Assembly: GCA_016190055.1 (NCBI GenBank)
Contig: JACPRH010000057.1
Coordinates: 2,434 to 66,433 of the forward strand
Length of the DNA: 64,000 nucleotides
From: Nitrososphaerota archaeon
GTDB taxonomy: Archaea > Thermoproteota > Nitrososphaeria > Nitrososphaerales > JACPRH01
Direction: 5' to 3'
Of the stretch, positions 63,865 through 64,000 are shown piece after piece. The notes under the pieces are model-generated. The model was not told where the DNA came from. It worked only from the letters and a program-made list of their open reading frames with translations, and searched no databases. Both the position numbers and the translations under genes were made by a program. Position 1 is the stretch's first letter. Every line of letters begins with the position of its first letter.

Positions 63865-64000
63865 TTAATTTTTCTGGTTCTGTCGAGTTGTCGGCTCCTG
63901 GCCGATAACGACTTTCATCCTTCTGCTCGGAGGATTAGGGTAGTTGTTGTTTTCCCCGTTCCCCTTCACGGCTTCATCGGTGGATGGCTGAGCCTGCGGA
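63865..64000 (-). CDS. 3' end of an unidentified gene that starts beyond the window
   Basis: The minus-strand frame is open from the window edge to a TAA at 63865-63867 (...VKGNGENNNYPNPPSRRMKVVIGQEPTTRQNQKN). Low-complexity, with no family assignable. Confidence 0.2.
   Translation of the reverse strand, partial: PQAQPSTDEAVKGNGENNNYPNPPSRRMKVVIGQEPTTRQNQKN

Overview
This window looks like a contiguous stretch of an archaeal chromosome, about 50% GC. By inference it belongs to the TACK/Thermoproteota group. The evidence is the exosome superoperon, a group II chaperonin, a crenarchaeal-type PGI/PMI, a class I CCA-adding enzyme, Rio2, F420 biosynthesis genes, and a tRNA with a non-canonical intron. 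Coding density is high, TTG/GTG starts are frequent, and short gene overlaps are common.

Main blocks:
- **1-5.7 kb:** DHH phosphoesterase, prefoldin beta, Pcc1, eL43, Rrp42, Rrp41, Rrp4, SBDS and proteasome alpha.
- **6-10.7 kb:** a stand-alone PPDK_N ATP-grasp protein, a 7TM-PAS histidine kinase and an anion permease.
- **10.7-12.9 kb:** a decayed patch with an integrase N-terminal fragment and frameshifted CDF transporter and MUG-like glycosylase genes.
- **13-19 kb:** AOR plus ferredoxin, then ThpR, CCA-adding enzyme, a small kinase, a GYD protein and tRNA-Pro(GGG).
- **20-28 kb:** MetE-like protein, PGI/PMI, thermosome, a TPP enzyme and an aldehyde dehydrogenase.
- **28-38.5 kb:** a 755-aa poly-Thr surface protein, sugar nucleotidyltransferases, heme O synthase, TatA/TatA/TatC and a Tat-dependent GMC oxidoreductase pair.
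- **38.6-46 kb:** a Zn-ribbon/DUF1998 helicase, then cofC, four inserted genes including an orphan methyltransferase, cofD and cofE.
- **46-64 kb:** OCD, aminotransferase, leuCD, GNAT, acylphosphatase, DUF47-PiT, purple acid phosphatase, a methyltransferase, a CBS protein, AbrB, Rio2, a ThrC-like/PadR fusion, an ECF-S-like protein, an AIR-synthase-like protein and pyrG.

Most notable observations:
1. Two 151-bp MITE copies with 19-bp terminal inverted repeats, each with its own 9-bp target-site duplication.
2. A tRNA-Pro with a roughly 28-nt insertion in the D-loop.
3. A threonine-synthase-like protein whose PLP lysine is replaced by valine and which is fused to a PadR wHTH.
4. A 4xCBS protein with an HPF/RaiA-like C-terminal domain.

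I found no CRISPR array, no rRNA and no intact transposase.
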